A DNA stretch of 64,000 nt from the IMG/VR virus record IMGVR_UViG_3300031951_000003, positions 124,001 through 188,000 of that record. One strand, written 5' to 3'. Positions 54,481-63,835 of this stretch are shown one piece after another (positions within the stretch are counted from its first letter, which is position 1; each line of letters opens with the position of its first letter). A model generated the notes under the pieces. It searched no databases, had not been told where the DNA came from, and saw only the letters and a list, made by a program, of their open reading frames with translations. Both the position numbers and the translations under genes were made by a program.

Positions 54481-55848
54481 TTATTTGTTCATAGCAAAAT
54501 AATCGTCGGGTAAAGTTTTTCCTAAAACTTTTTCCAAAGCCCTTATTTCTTTTTCTGAATACTTAGCTTTTTTTTCTTCATCCGACAAAGGTAAATCAAC
54601 TTCTTTGTCTGTTCTTAGATAATTCTGATTGAAACTTTTGGATTCTTTGTTATTTTGTTCGGAAAAATATAAAAATTCATAAGGGTTTTTTCTTCTTCTA
54701 ACACCTGGCTCAGGAAGTCTTCCTGGAAATACAGAGAGATAAGGGATTTTCAGACTCTTAACAAAAGCACTTTTGGCTTTACCTTCTCCATTTTTAACTT
54801 GAACTAATCTGAATCCGTCAATAAATTTTGCTGTCATATCAACACCAAATACCATATCAATTACATTACCCCATGTAGAATATTTCTTTATTTCAGTAAC
54901 TTTAGTTGGAGCATTTTGGATTAAATCAACAAAGTTTTTTTCAGCCGTCTCACCAAGTGTTGTAGTAAATTTCAGTTTTCTTTTCATATCCTGAAAATCT
55001 TTCTCTTTTTCTTCATGAAATTTTTCCAATAAATCCACATGAGCCATACTGATTGACTTTATGTCGACATTTTTTTCTTTCATCATTCTATCCAAAATAG
55101 GTTGCCATTTTTTAGGTAGAGCAGATTCGAGTCTTTTTGGGGTGAAATATAATTCGATAACTTTAATGTCCGAACCCATAGGTAAGTCTCCACCTTCTTG
55201 TCTTTTTGTTATTTCGTCCGCCCAAAATGTGTAGTTTGTATCTACATGGTTCAGAATACTCCAATCATCCTCTTCGATGAGTCCAAACCAATTTTCATTT
55301 TCCAACTTATTTTTTAGTTCGGTTATTTTCTCACCGATGGTCATAGCAGGGCCTTCTACCCATTTTACAAAATTATTTTTCCAAGGTTCAACATCTTTTT
55401 CGAAACGATTTAATAAAATTAGATTTTGTTTGAACCATCCTTTCCCTGGCTTTCCTATTCTCATATTAAATTTGGGATTAAAAGCTTGGTTAAAGAAAAC
55501 TGAGAGATTTGTTTGTATTAAATCTAAATAAGCCTTTCTTCCTAATTCTGTAATTTTGTTTTGTTGGTCTTTTGGTGGATTGAAAAAATTCTGCTTTGTC
55601 CTCATCATTTTTCCAGACATTGTATTTGTAGAAGTTTTTCTCCTCTGTATTTCATTTTTCAAAAAATCTTCGAAAAAAACATACTCGTCATCTTCAATTG
55701 GTATTTTGAGTTGTAACTTTGCTTGAATATTCTTCAATCTATTACCTACCTCGGGGTCATCTGTATCACCAACCCATCTTCGGATTTTTGTTTCGAGTTC
55801 TTTCCTGTCAACTTCTTCCCTTAGTAATTTTTTAATCAAATCTCTCAT
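54481..55848 (-). CDS. Hypothetical protein, possible PD-(D/E)xK-like C-domain
   Basis: MRDLIKKLLREE start; GE.AE...D...GVD.....VQVK. Confidence 0.6.
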   Translation of the reverse strand: MRDLIKKLLREEVDRKELETKIRRWVGDTDDPEVGNRLKNIQAKLQLKIPIEDDEYVFFEDFLKNEIQRRKTSTNTMSGKMMRTKQNFFNPPKDQQNKITELGRKAYLDLIQTNLSVFFNQAFNPKFNMRIGKPGKGWFKQNLILLNRFEKDVEPWKNNFVKWVEGPAMTIGEKITELKNKLENENWFGLIEEDDWSILNHVDTNYTFWADEITKRQEGGDLPMGSDIKVIELYFTPKRLESALPKKWQPILDRMMKEKNVDIKSISMAHVDLLEKFHEEKEKDFQDMKRKLKFTTTLGETAEKNFVDLIQNAPTKVTEIKKYSTWGNVIDMVFGVDMTAKFIDGFRLVQVKNGEGKAKSAFVKSLKIPYLSVFPGRLPEPGVRRRKNPYEFLYFSEQNNKESKSFNQNYLRTDKEVDLPLSDEEKKAKYSEKEIRALEKVLGKTLPDDYFAMNK

Positions 55849-55871
55849 ATATGAATAAATAGTAAATAAAA

Positions 55872-56879
55872 TTAGAAACCAAATCTTGTTTTGGTTGCGT
55901 CAAAATTTTGTACTACTTCTGAGGCTGTCAAAACATCGTAGTATATCATAACCTCAGACACATTACCTGTGAATTGATAACTTCCACCCAAATATGCAGA
56001 TTTTCCAATCCAAGCAGTTTGGTTATTAGTAATTGAACCAACTAAAGTATTTGCAACACTACTGATTTCCACACCATTCACATACAATTTCATAGTTGAA
56101 CTATTTCTAGTAAAAACTACATTATACCAATTACCATTGTTGTATGAAGAAAGTGGTGAGTTTATTGATTGACTTATTCCACTACTCTGCCTAATGTCCC
56201 CTATAATTTGACCACCATTTAGCCAAATTCTGTAATTCCATGGGTATCCACCATTAGTTTCTTTGGAAATAATCATTTGTATCCCACCTTGTGATGTTTT
56301 ATACCAAACAGAAACGCTAAAAGTTTCAGCGTTGAGGAAGTTATTTGTATCAACATATTGAGTTCCCGCAAAAGTTAAAGTTCCTCCATTTATCGCAGAA
56401 TATCCAACCCCATTTGTTAGTGTTGCGGTATAAGCGTTTGGAGATAAATCATACCAATTTATCCCTGAACCAGGATATGAGGCTACATTACCAGCAGTCA
56501 AATAAAGTTGTAAGTCAGATGTCACTATACCTGAACCTGTGAATGTTGTATAGTATCCGTTGGCACTAATCCAATTCAGAGCTTGGGTAGACCCTGTAAA
56601 GGTCTGACCAGCAACACTACTCGCCAATTCAATGAATTTATTTTCAGTTTTACCATCAGTTCTAAAAAACCCCAAATAGGCGGGTATACCAACTGGATTT
56701 GGTTGGTTACCTGCTGGTACTGGTTGAGCAATGATGTATCCCAAATCTTCATCAGGTCCATTCCAAAATTGTGGAGAGTTTGTATATCCTGATGTTGGAG
56801 TTCCGATAGCGAAATCTCCTGATTGAGTTGTTCCAGGGATTACTATTTGACTTGGATTGTATGCGTAGGGTGTTGCCAT
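55872..56879 (-). CDS. LamG/concanavalin-A-like domain protein (putative virion fibre/decoration)
   Basis: L.LYL.AG...SYPGSG..WYDLS; WYNVVFT..LYVNG; IG...F.G.VSEV.IY..L...EV.QNF.A.K.RFG. Confidence 0.8.
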   Translation of the reverse strand: MATPYAYNPSQIVIPGTTQSGDFAIGTPTSGYTNSPQFWNGPDEDLGYIIAQPVPAGNQPNPVGIPAYLGFFRTDGKTENKFIELASSVAGQTFTGSTQALNWISANGYYTTFTGSGIVTSDLQLYLTAGNVASYPGSGINWYDLSPNAYTATLTNGVGYSAINGGTLTFAGTQYVDTNNFLNAETFSVSVWYKTSQGGIQMIISKETNGGYPWNYRIWLNGGQIIGDIRQSSGISQSINSPLSSYNNGNWYNVVFTRNSSTMKLYVNGVEISSVANTLVGSITNNQTAWIGKSAYLGGSYQFTGNVSEVMIYYDVLTASEVVQNFDATKTRFGF

Positions 56880-56913
56880 CCTTTATAAATATTCTATCAA
56901 ACTAAAATTATTT

Positions 56914-57480
56914 TTAATAACATTGTCCCCAATTCACAATGTTCGTTCCTACCACTTGAATGAATGTGGCCCCATCTGTGATTGTAAATTCCGCACCTAT
57001 CGGGGGGATTGTTAGTTCTTTATTTCCGAAAACTTGGTCTCCTTGTCTAAGTTCTGTAAATGGTTTGTATGAATAAATTGTAACATTACTTGGAGTTCCA
57101 AAATGAATAGAATTACAAACATCTTGATACCAACCACCCGTGATTAACCTTTCCATGAATATGGGTGTTGGGGTGAGTGTTGGTGTCGGGGTGTTTGTGG
57201 CTGTCGGGGTTGGGCTATGTTGTGTTGGTGTAACTGTCGGAGTAGGTGTCATTGATGATGTCATCGTGGGCGTAGGTGTTGATGAAGGACAAAGTCCTGT
57301 ATTAATAATTGTGAGTGGTGCACCATAATCTTCCTGAATCAAATCTTCAGCACAAACTAAGACCCTATCTAACGGACTTAATGAATTGACACTGATGATT
57401 CCACCTGTACATCCTGTCCATCTGTAATACCCATCCTCAACACTGTTAAAATTGGTAATTTCGTAATAGTTACACGCCAT
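56914..57480 (-). CDS. Protein with Pro/Thr-repeat linker (putative virion surface protein)
   Basis: Start MACNYY after TATTTAT; (TP)n tract at 57160-57280. Confidence 0.7.
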   Translation of the reverse strand: MACNYYEITNFNSVEDGYYRWTGCTGGIISVNSLSPLDRVLVCAEDLIQEDYGAPLTIINTGLCPSSTPTPTMTSSMTPTPTVTPTQHSPTPTATNTPTPTLTPTPIFMERLITGGWYQDVCNSIHFGTPSNVTIYSYKPFTELRQGDQVFGNKELTIPPIGAEFTITDGATFIQVVGTNIVNWGQCY

Positions 57481-57503
57481 GTAAATAAATAGAACAAGAG
57501 TAT

Positions 57504-57812
57504 AAAAAAAGGGGACACCGTCGTGTCCCCTCGATTCTCCGTCGAGAAAATTTTGGTCGGATTTTTTTTGAACTGAGGGGCTAAAGACCAATAAACCCGT
57601 GGGAGTGGACAACTCCTGTTTTGGATACATGTCTCAAAACATTCAAAAAAAGACGTGGTTGTTAGTTTATTAAGGATGAAACTAGAATGACCTTTCTTCG
57701 TAAACCTCCCGTGTTTTGATAAACCTTTTTTTTCTAATTTATAGAGCGGAGAAGAAAATAGGTCGGGTGAGTATGGGGAACCACCACATGAAAAACCATT
57801 CCGCTGTCCATT
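57504..57812 (-). ncRNA. Candidate ~310-nt structured RNA with own promoter and terminator
   Basis: TATCTTTG at 57820-57827; several hairpins; terminator AGGGGACAC-gacg-GTGTCCCCT + T run. Confidence 0.5.
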
Positions 57813-57888
57813 TGTTTTACAAAGATAAGAAAGATAAAATTAAATTCCAAATCTTTTCAAAAGATTCAGATAAAATCTGAAAATTTCG

Positions 57889-57977
57889 TGGTTGGGAGTG
57901 GAGTCGAACCACTGGCACACGGCTTTCATACCGCTGCTCTACCTTAAACCCCGAAGAGTTACTGAGCTACCTCAACC
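57889..57977 (-). ncRNA. Aberrant tRNA-like RNA (Phe-like) with UUCG hairpin in the D-loop and 6-nt anticodon loop
   Basis: GGTTG(A)GG/CCCAACC acceptor; GCTC/GAGC D-stem; GCGGT-ATGAAA-GCCGT; AGTGG-TTCGACT-CCACT. Confidence 0.7.
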
Positions 57978-58140
57978 AATTGTCTTACAAAAATAATAAA
58001 TCTTTATTAGACCACCAACATTTGTAAGAACTTTTTTTTTGAATTTGAATACCGAGTGTCTTTCATCGCCTATAAGTTTCAAACTCATTACAAAATTAAA
58101 GAATCTTTTTCAATCGGTCAAATTTTTGATATTTATTTTT

Positions 58141-58779
58141 ATGAAAAATTTGATATTATTTCCGATTCTTTGTTTGAGTTTTATTTTCTCAAACGCTCAA
58201 GACACTGTAAGAATAAAACACACAAACTATACTACAGTATTTTCTAAATCTAAAAAATATCCGGTTCTTGTTGAATGGTGGGTTACAAAAAAAATGGTTG
58301 ATTGCCCGACACCACTCAAAAGGAAGGATAATTTCAAACCTGACCCAAAGTTAGTTGTTGATACTGACATTTCCAAAGATTATGTTGGTAGTGGTTTTGA
58401 CAGGGGTCATATGATGCCAGCTGCGGACAATTTATGTCAAACTCAACAAGTCCAAGATGAATGTTTTTATTTTTCCAACATGTCCGCACAATATCACAGC
58501 CTTAATGCTGGAGATTGGAAATCTCTTGAAACCTTGGTTCGTGACGAGGCAAAAACTCAGGATTCAATAAAGGTGTGGTGTGGTAATATCGGTGAAATTC
58601 AAAAAATTGGAAAGGTTTCGGTTCCTAAACAATGCTGGAAGGTCATTTACATTAAAAAGCAGAACGTTTGGAAGTCTTACCTGTTCGAAAACGATAAGTC
58701 AAAACCTGATGGAATCAAAAATAATGAAGTAACTTTATCTGTGATAGAAAAATTAACAGGGCTCAAGTTCAAATTATAG
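58141..58779 (+). CDS. Secreted DNA/RNA non-specific endonuclease (NucA/EndoG family)
   Basis: Signal peptide; R..NFKPD, GFDRGHM.PA, F..SNM.AQ...LN...W..LE. Confidence 0.9.
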   Translation: MKNLILFPILCLSFIFSNAQDTVRIKHTNYTTVFSKSKKYPVLVEWWVTKKMVDCPTPLKRKDNFKPDPKLVVDTDISKDYVGSGFDRGHMMPAADNLCQTQQVQDECFYFSNMSAQYHSLNAGDWKSLETLVRDEAKTQDSIKVWCGNIGEIQKIGKVSVPKQCWKVIYIKKQNVWKSYLFENDKSKPDGIKNNEVTLSVIEKLTGLKFKL

Positions 58780-59463
58780 ATTCTGTAAATCTTGAACAGT
58801 ACCTTTAAAATAATTCATATCAACGTTTCCATTAATTCCCTTAATCCTTCCTGTAGTTGAGTGTTGCCAAAATTGATTTTCTTGGTTTTGAAAAATGTAT
58901 GGTTCAGAGTTTCCATGTTTTAATAACCAAAAAGTATTGTCGTTAAAATTATCTTTTATGAAATCATATTGTATTTTTCCATTCAAGTAGAATATAGGAC
59001 TTTTACCATATCTCTTTTTTAACAAATCAGTGAAAACCTTCAATTCTCGAATAACATGAACTTTTCTTTCTTCAGGACACACACTGAGATTTAATAAATC
59101 AATAGAGGGAGGCAACATCCCTTTTAAAACTGGTACAATTTCACTGTAGTTTTTAAATTGTTGGGTGCCAGAGCTTGAAATAGAGAATCTGTGATATGCA
59201 CTTGTCCTTATCTTTCTTGAAAGGGCTCCGTTCAGATTTTTTCTGAACATTCGGTCTTTATGACTACTACCTTCAGATGACTTTATGAAGACGAATTTTA
59301 CTTTAGTTGTATCAATTGAACTCCAATCTATATTACCTTGATATTTGGAAATGTCGATGCCTGAGAGATAGGTTACATTGGTTTGTTTTTTGGTTTCACA
59401 TACATTTTTACCGAAAAACATAGATAGTACCAAAACCGAAGAAAGAATTAAATATTTTATCAT
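58774..59463 (-). CDS. GH25 muramidase (lysozyme)
   Basis: GIDISKYQG.IDW, FVFIKSSEG, AYH.F, LPPSID, FWQHS..G.I.GI.GNVD.N. Confidence 0.85.
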   Translation of the reverse strand: MIKYLILSSVLVLSMFFGKNVCETKKQTNVTYLSGIDISKYQGNIDWSSIDTTKVKFVFIKSSEGSSHKDRMFRKNLNGALSRKIRTSAYHRFSISSSGTQQFKNYSEIVPVLKGMLPPSIDLLNLSVCPEERKVHVIRELKVFTDLLKKRYGKSPIFYLNGKIQYDFIKDNFNDNTFWLLKHGNSEPYIFQNQENQFWQHSTTGRIKGINGNVDMNYFKGTVQDLQNL

Positions 59464-59519
59464 AAAAACAAAATTACGAATAAAAGTTGAACTACGAACA
59501 TTTATGATATTTATTTTTT

Positions 59520-60704
59520 ATGGGAAGAATTGTCAAATTGAAAGAATCAGACTTAGTTAATATCATTAATAAAATAATGAACGAACAAAAAGTCACTTCA
59601 CAAATCATCAAACCGAGATATGGTGTTGACCCATCTACAGCACCCTCGGATTATTTAGGGAAAGGCAGACAATTTGAAAAAGAATCTAAGTTCAAAAAAC
59701 TAACGGATTTTTCAAATTATGAAAATATGGTGAGTAAAATACCTAATATGGAATGCTTACCAAACAATCAAATGAGATATTTCGTTTTATTCGTTACAGC
59801 AAAGAAAAAAGACTTAATGAAAGATTTAGGAGTCGATGAAAAAACACTGAGTTATTTAACCAAAATTGCCATCGCAATTATGGGTTGGCAGTCTGATTTT
59901 GGTAAAACGGACAAACTCTATGATATTAAGCCTATTGCAAAATACATAAACCCTTGGGATGTTTATAACACAGTAGACGGAATTCTAAAAAATATTGTTG
60001 GTAGTGGGACAGCAGCAAAAGGGACTGAATGGCTTGCTAAAAAATTTGGTGTTGATGAGCCATCTTTTGGTCCTGCGGAATTCATGCCATCAACATTTGC
60101 CAAAACGGGTGTTGAAAAAAAATATGGTAAGGGTATGGAAACTGTTATTGGGTCAGGTCTTGCAGTGATATACAACATGTTGTCAAAATACAGACAAGCA
60201 GAAAAAAATGGGTTGAGTAGTCAACCCTCAGTAAATCAAATTGCAAAAACTAAGGGTATTTATGGGTGGGTAGGTAATATTGGGACAGGAAATCATTTAT
60301 GGGATGTGGCAATAGCATCTCACACTTATCCAGATGAAAAAATTTTAGTAAAATATTGTGCAACTAACAGACCCGATTTCATGGCGCCTTGTTCAAATAG
60401 TACTTATGAACCATTCAGTTCTGATTCAGCTTGGCAATCTTTCAGAAAACATAAGTGGAACCAAATTTATTATGGTAAAAATAAAAATTTGGATGTTTTT
60501 CCAGGTAAATTGACTGTAAATCGCGGACAACAAATTCCCAACTATTTACCTTACCTAACAGGAACTCATGGAACAATATCGGGTCAAGAAGAAGGGATAA
60601 TGGACAATTTGCGTTTAATTAGTAGAACTAACGACCGTATAAATCAATTCAAGTGTGTGGACGATGCAATTAGAACTAACGTTTCCTATCCTAAATTTTC
60701 TTAA
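59520..60704 (+). CDS. Putative virion protein, lysozyme/SLT-like (paralog of 62891-63835)
   Basis: VKLKESDL..II..IMNEQ N-terminus; shares SFGPAEF and GTGN..WDVAIASH blocks with paralog. Confidence 0.6.
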   Translation: MGRIVKLKESDLVNIINKIMNEQKVTSQIIKPRYGVDPSTAPSDYLGKGRQFEKESKFKKLTDFSNYENMVSKIPNMECLPNNQMRYFVLFVTAKKKDLMKDLGVDEKTLSYLTKIAIAIMGWQSDFGKTDKLYDIKPIAKYINPWDVYNTVDGILKNIVGSGTAAKGTEWLAKKFGVDEPSFGPAEFMPSTFAKTGVEKKYGKGMETVIGSGLAVIYNMLSKYRQAEKNGLSSQPSVNQIAKTKGIYGWVGNIGTGNHLWDVAIASHTYPDEKILVKYCATNRPDFMAPCSNSTYEPFSSDSAWQSFRKHKWNQIYYGKNKNLDVFPGKLTVNRGQQIPNYLPYLTGTHGTISGQEEGIMDNLRLISRTNDRINQFKCVDDAIRTNVSYPKFS

Positions 60705-60998
60705 GAATTCATTACTCCATCCAAATATTTCTTGATTGTTCTCCTAATTTTTTTCTCACCTAAAGCAACCCAATCGTTAACAATTGAATTATAAATTACT
60801 GACACCAAATATTTTTTATTGGACAAAAGTGGTTTTGATTTATCATCCACTTTGATAAATTTGAATTTCCCACCGAATGTAGTCTCAACTTCTGTGACAG
60901 GAAAATGTCTTTTCAAGTGAGTCAGTAACTCATCCGAGGTATCATCAATATATTTCGATAAAATTTGTTTTCTTTCTTCTTCTGAGATACGCATATTC
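60701..60998 (-). CDS. Hypothetical protein
   Basis: MNMRISEEERKQILSKY after TATTTAT. Confidence 0.6.
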
Positions 60999-61034
60999 AT
61001 AAATATACGTCTATTTATTTGTAAAATCAAAGAC

Positions 61035-61169
61035 ATGGCAAAAGCAAAAGGTGGAGCGAGAGCTGAATCAAGAAAAGTAACTTTTGGTAAGAGAAAAACT
61101 GGAGCAGCAAAAAAATCTTACAACAAACACAATCCAAGACCAAAAGCATATAGAGGTCAAGGACGCTGA
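61035..61169 (+). CDS. 44-aa highly basic protein ending YRGQGR (not in ORF track)
   Basis: MAKAKGGARAESRKVTFGKRKTGAAKKSYNKHNPRPKAYRGQGR. Confidence 0.75.
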   Translation: MAKAKGGARAESRKVTFGKRKTGAAKKSYNKHNPRPKAYRGQGR

Positions 61170-61204
61170 CTTTAATTTCAATAATACGTTATTATATTTT
61201 TATC

Positions 61205-61492
61205 ATGCCAGATAAAAAACAGAGACTCTTTCGCCTCATTGAATCTTATTTGAACGACTATCAGAAAGAATCTGTAGAACAAGTCTATGGTAAGGGAACA
61301 AAAATAAAGATTCACACAATATCTGAATCTGTCACACAGAATAGTCTTCTAATCGAAGCGGTAATTGTTTTAGGTGAAACAATATCCGAGGAAGTTATGG
61401 ATAGAAAGTTAGCTGATGTATTGATACAAGACGCATTGGTCTATTTTTTTCCCGACCAACACATTAAAACATATGTTAGATGGGACGTTTAA
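61205..61492 (+). CDS. Hypothetical protein
   Basis: 95-aa ORF. Confidence 0.65.
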   Translation: MPDKKQRLFRLIESYLNDYQKESVEQVYGKGTKIKIHTISESVTQNSLLIEAVIVLGETISEEVMDRKLADVLIQDALVYFFPDQHIKTYVRWDV

Positions 61493-61794
61493 ATTCCCTT
61501 ATTCAATCTTAGAATGAGTTCTGAATTTTCTTTCTGTAGATAATCAACTTTCACTGCAAGTGCTGAAACTTGTTCTGTCAATTTTAAGATTGTTGCTCTC
61601 ATCTCATCTTTTTCCTTGGAGGAATTTTCCAACAAAACTTCTAACTTTGCAATTCTATCTTTACAATCATGACGAATAAATTCTTCATCTCTTTCTTTCC
61701 TCATGGCTCTTTTCTCATAGAATCTCCATGCACTTGCTGAACCTAATACGGTTACAACCGTAATTAATACTGTATATAATGATTGTGTTTCCAT
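61489..61794 (-). CDS. N-terminal TM plus coiled-coil protein (possible lysis accessory)
   Basis: TM helix then heptad repeats. Confidence 0.6.
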   Translation of the reverse strand: METQSLYTVLITVVTVLGSASAWRFYEKRAMRKERDEEFIRHDCKDRIAKLEVLLENSSKEKDEMRATILKLTEQVSALAVKVDYLQKENSELILRLNKGI

Positions 61795-61795
61795 T

Positions 61796-62845
61796 TTACG
61801 CTTTTGCTGGTCTTGCCCAAACTATGTTAAATTCACCTCCCATTTGGGATAAAGGTGTTGCTTTTAATGTGTCGGTCACGTAGTGATAAATGATTGGTTC
61901 TCCTGATGGTGTTTTTCCCCCAACAAAACCTAAGTGAGTGTTGAAACCAAAACGTTCTCCCTTCTTTGTTAAAGTATCACCTGGAACAAATTTCAATTTT
62001 TTTCCCATATCACTTGGCTGCCAAGCTCTTATTTTTCCACCTTCCAAAACACCAAAGAAAGGACCATTGGTTGCTCTTTCTCCTTTTGATGTTAATCCCG
62101 TTGCCCCATAAAAGAAAGCTTCTCCTGTGTGTGATGAACCAGGATAATAAATTCCAACAACATCTCCCAAATCTAAGTCGCTAAAAGAAGACTGAGATGG
62201 AACAGCTTGTGAAATTAAGGACTTAATTCTACCGAATTGACCTGATGAATTAATTTGATTTTCACTTAAGCCTTTCGAATTTTGGTTGATTTGTGAAAAA
62301 ATGTCAGCCATTTCATTGAGATTACCTCCTTTGAATATTTTACTAAACCCATCTCCTTTGTTTGGAAATGAATTAGACAATCTGTATGCATGCCACGCAT
62401 TACCCTGTCTTACACCCGTCTGACTTGCAACATATTGAGAGCATCCTATTGGACCTTTTTTTGCAACATTTTCCTTTCCTTTACAAACATCGTTCAAAGT
62501 ATCTTTAACGGTGGGGTATAATACATATCTACCACAACGTTTGGTCAACCCACTATCACTAGGAACAGTTCCTTCTTGATTTCCCTCAAAATATGGTATT
62601 CCTAATTTTTTTGACGTATAAGGACCTAATACCCCCTTACCGTTACCTCCATTTTTTAATTGGAAATCCTTTATTGCAATTTTTGTCAATTTTCCTATAA
62701 TCCCATCAACTCCATCCCTATTTGGACCAGATTTCCCTAAGTTGTATCCTAATTCCTTAAGTTTTGTTTGAGCGGCTTTAACGAAATCAGTGTAAGATTC
62801 GTATTGTTCGAGAATGACTCTCATTTTATTTCTTAAATTTTTCAT
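61796..62845 (-). CDS. PG-binding-domain protein with putative CHAP/NlpC-like Cys-His catalytic domain
   Basis: AQ.KL..LGY.LG..GVDG.IG..T..AIK.FQ; GCSQYV..GNAW; THLGFV; IYH. Confidence 0.65.
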   Translation of the reverse strand: MKNLRNKMRVILEQYESYTDFVKAAQTKLKELGYNLGKSGPNRDGVDGIIGKLTKIAIKDFQLKNGGNGKGVLGPYTSKKLGIPYFEGNQEGTVPSDSGLTKRCGRYVLYPTVKDTLNDVCKGKENVAKKGPIGCSQYVASQTGVRQGNAWHAYRLSNSFPNKGDGFSKIFKGGNLNEMADIFSQINQNSKGLSENQINSSGQFGRIKSLISQAVPSQSSFSDLDLGDVVGIYYPGSSHTGEAFFYGATGLTSKGERATNGPFFGVLEGGKIRAWQPSDMGKKLKFVPGDTLTKKGERFGFNTHLGFVGGKTPSGEPIIYHYVTDTLKATPLSQMGGEFNIVWARPAKA

Positions 62846-62890
62846 ACTTTAATAAATATGTTTTTATTTCTATTCTACCATCAGTTTTAT

Positions 62891-63835
62891 TTAAAACTTC
62901 AAACAACCAAAACTATTCATGTATCTTACTACTTTTTCCAAGTAACCAATACTTGTTTGTTGACCCGAACCTTTGTTTGGAAAATAATTGGCAATTGGTT
63001 TGTTTTGTAAAACCATAATTTTCAGTTCAGGTTTAGATTGTGGAAAGGGTTGATATAACGTTTTGTCACACGGTGCAGCATAATTCGGGTCTTTTGTTTC
63101 ACACCATCTAGTGATTAGACCTGGCATGTTGTGTGCAACTATTGCTAAATCCATTGCGTTGTTACCTGTCCCATCAATTCCCTTGATACCCTTAGTTCTA
63201 ACTGCAATCGGATTAACGGATGGACCTGTTCCATTACCTACTTTTAAGGCTCTTTTGTAATCATCATTGATTCTGTGTAATGTCCCTATTCCTTGTTTCA
63301 AAGAACTGAAAGAATCTGAATAGGAACCAACTTTTTTATCTAAACCATAATCATTCCAAGTTTTTTCGGTAAATTGTGCTGAACCCAAACTCATTTGTTT
63401 CTGAGGTTTACCTGAAATTTTATTCACCAAATTTAACCCACCCACAGCGGATTTTGGGAGAAATCCAAACCCTATCGAATGTAAAAATTCTGCCGCGTCA
63501 TCACTCCATTCACTATAAGTACGGAATAAAGTTTCCCTTCCAATAATTCCGATTGCGGCTTTGGCCATGAAAAGCAGTGTATTAGCATCAACCCCAAGTT
63601 CACTCATCAATTTTTGTTTGTTTTGAACTACGTATTCTGCAAATGGTCTTACGTCCTCGGGAATACACGGGTATTTCTTCTCTAAACTGATATTTTCATT
63701 TTGTTTACTGACTCTTGCGTTTTCACGTGAATTATCTAGCCCAAATGAAGTTATTCCTGGTCCTGTTTGTTCTTTAAGAATTCGTAAGATAATATTCTCT
63801 AAATCCGTCTCAGTTAATTTGATACTTTTTTTCAT
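62891..63835 (-). CDS. Putative virion protein with lytic-transglycosylase-like motifs
   Basis: IKLTETDLENII.RILKEQ N-terminus; GIIGRET, SLGSAQF, AIVAHN, YLEKV. Confidence 0.6.
   Translation of the reverse strand: MKKSIKLTETDLENIILRILKEQTGPGITSFGLDNSRENARVSKQNENISLEKKYPCIPEDVRPFAEYVVQNKQKLMSELGVDANTLLFMAKAAIGIIGRETLFRTYSEWSDDAAEFLHSIGFGFLPKSAVGGLNLVNKISGKPQKQMSLGSAQFTEKTWNDYGLDKKVGSYSDSFSSLKQGIGTLHRINDDYKRALKVGNGTGPSVNPIAVRTKGIKGIDGTGNNAMDLAIVAHNMPGLITRWCETKDPNYAAPCDKTLYQPFPQSKPELKIMVLQNKPIANYFPNKGSGQQTSIGYLEKVVRYMNSFGCLKF

Noticed and set aside
57481-57630. N-terminal 50 codons of ORF 56914-57630
   Set aside because: They run through a terminator and structured RNA; the start at 57480 follows TATTTAT.
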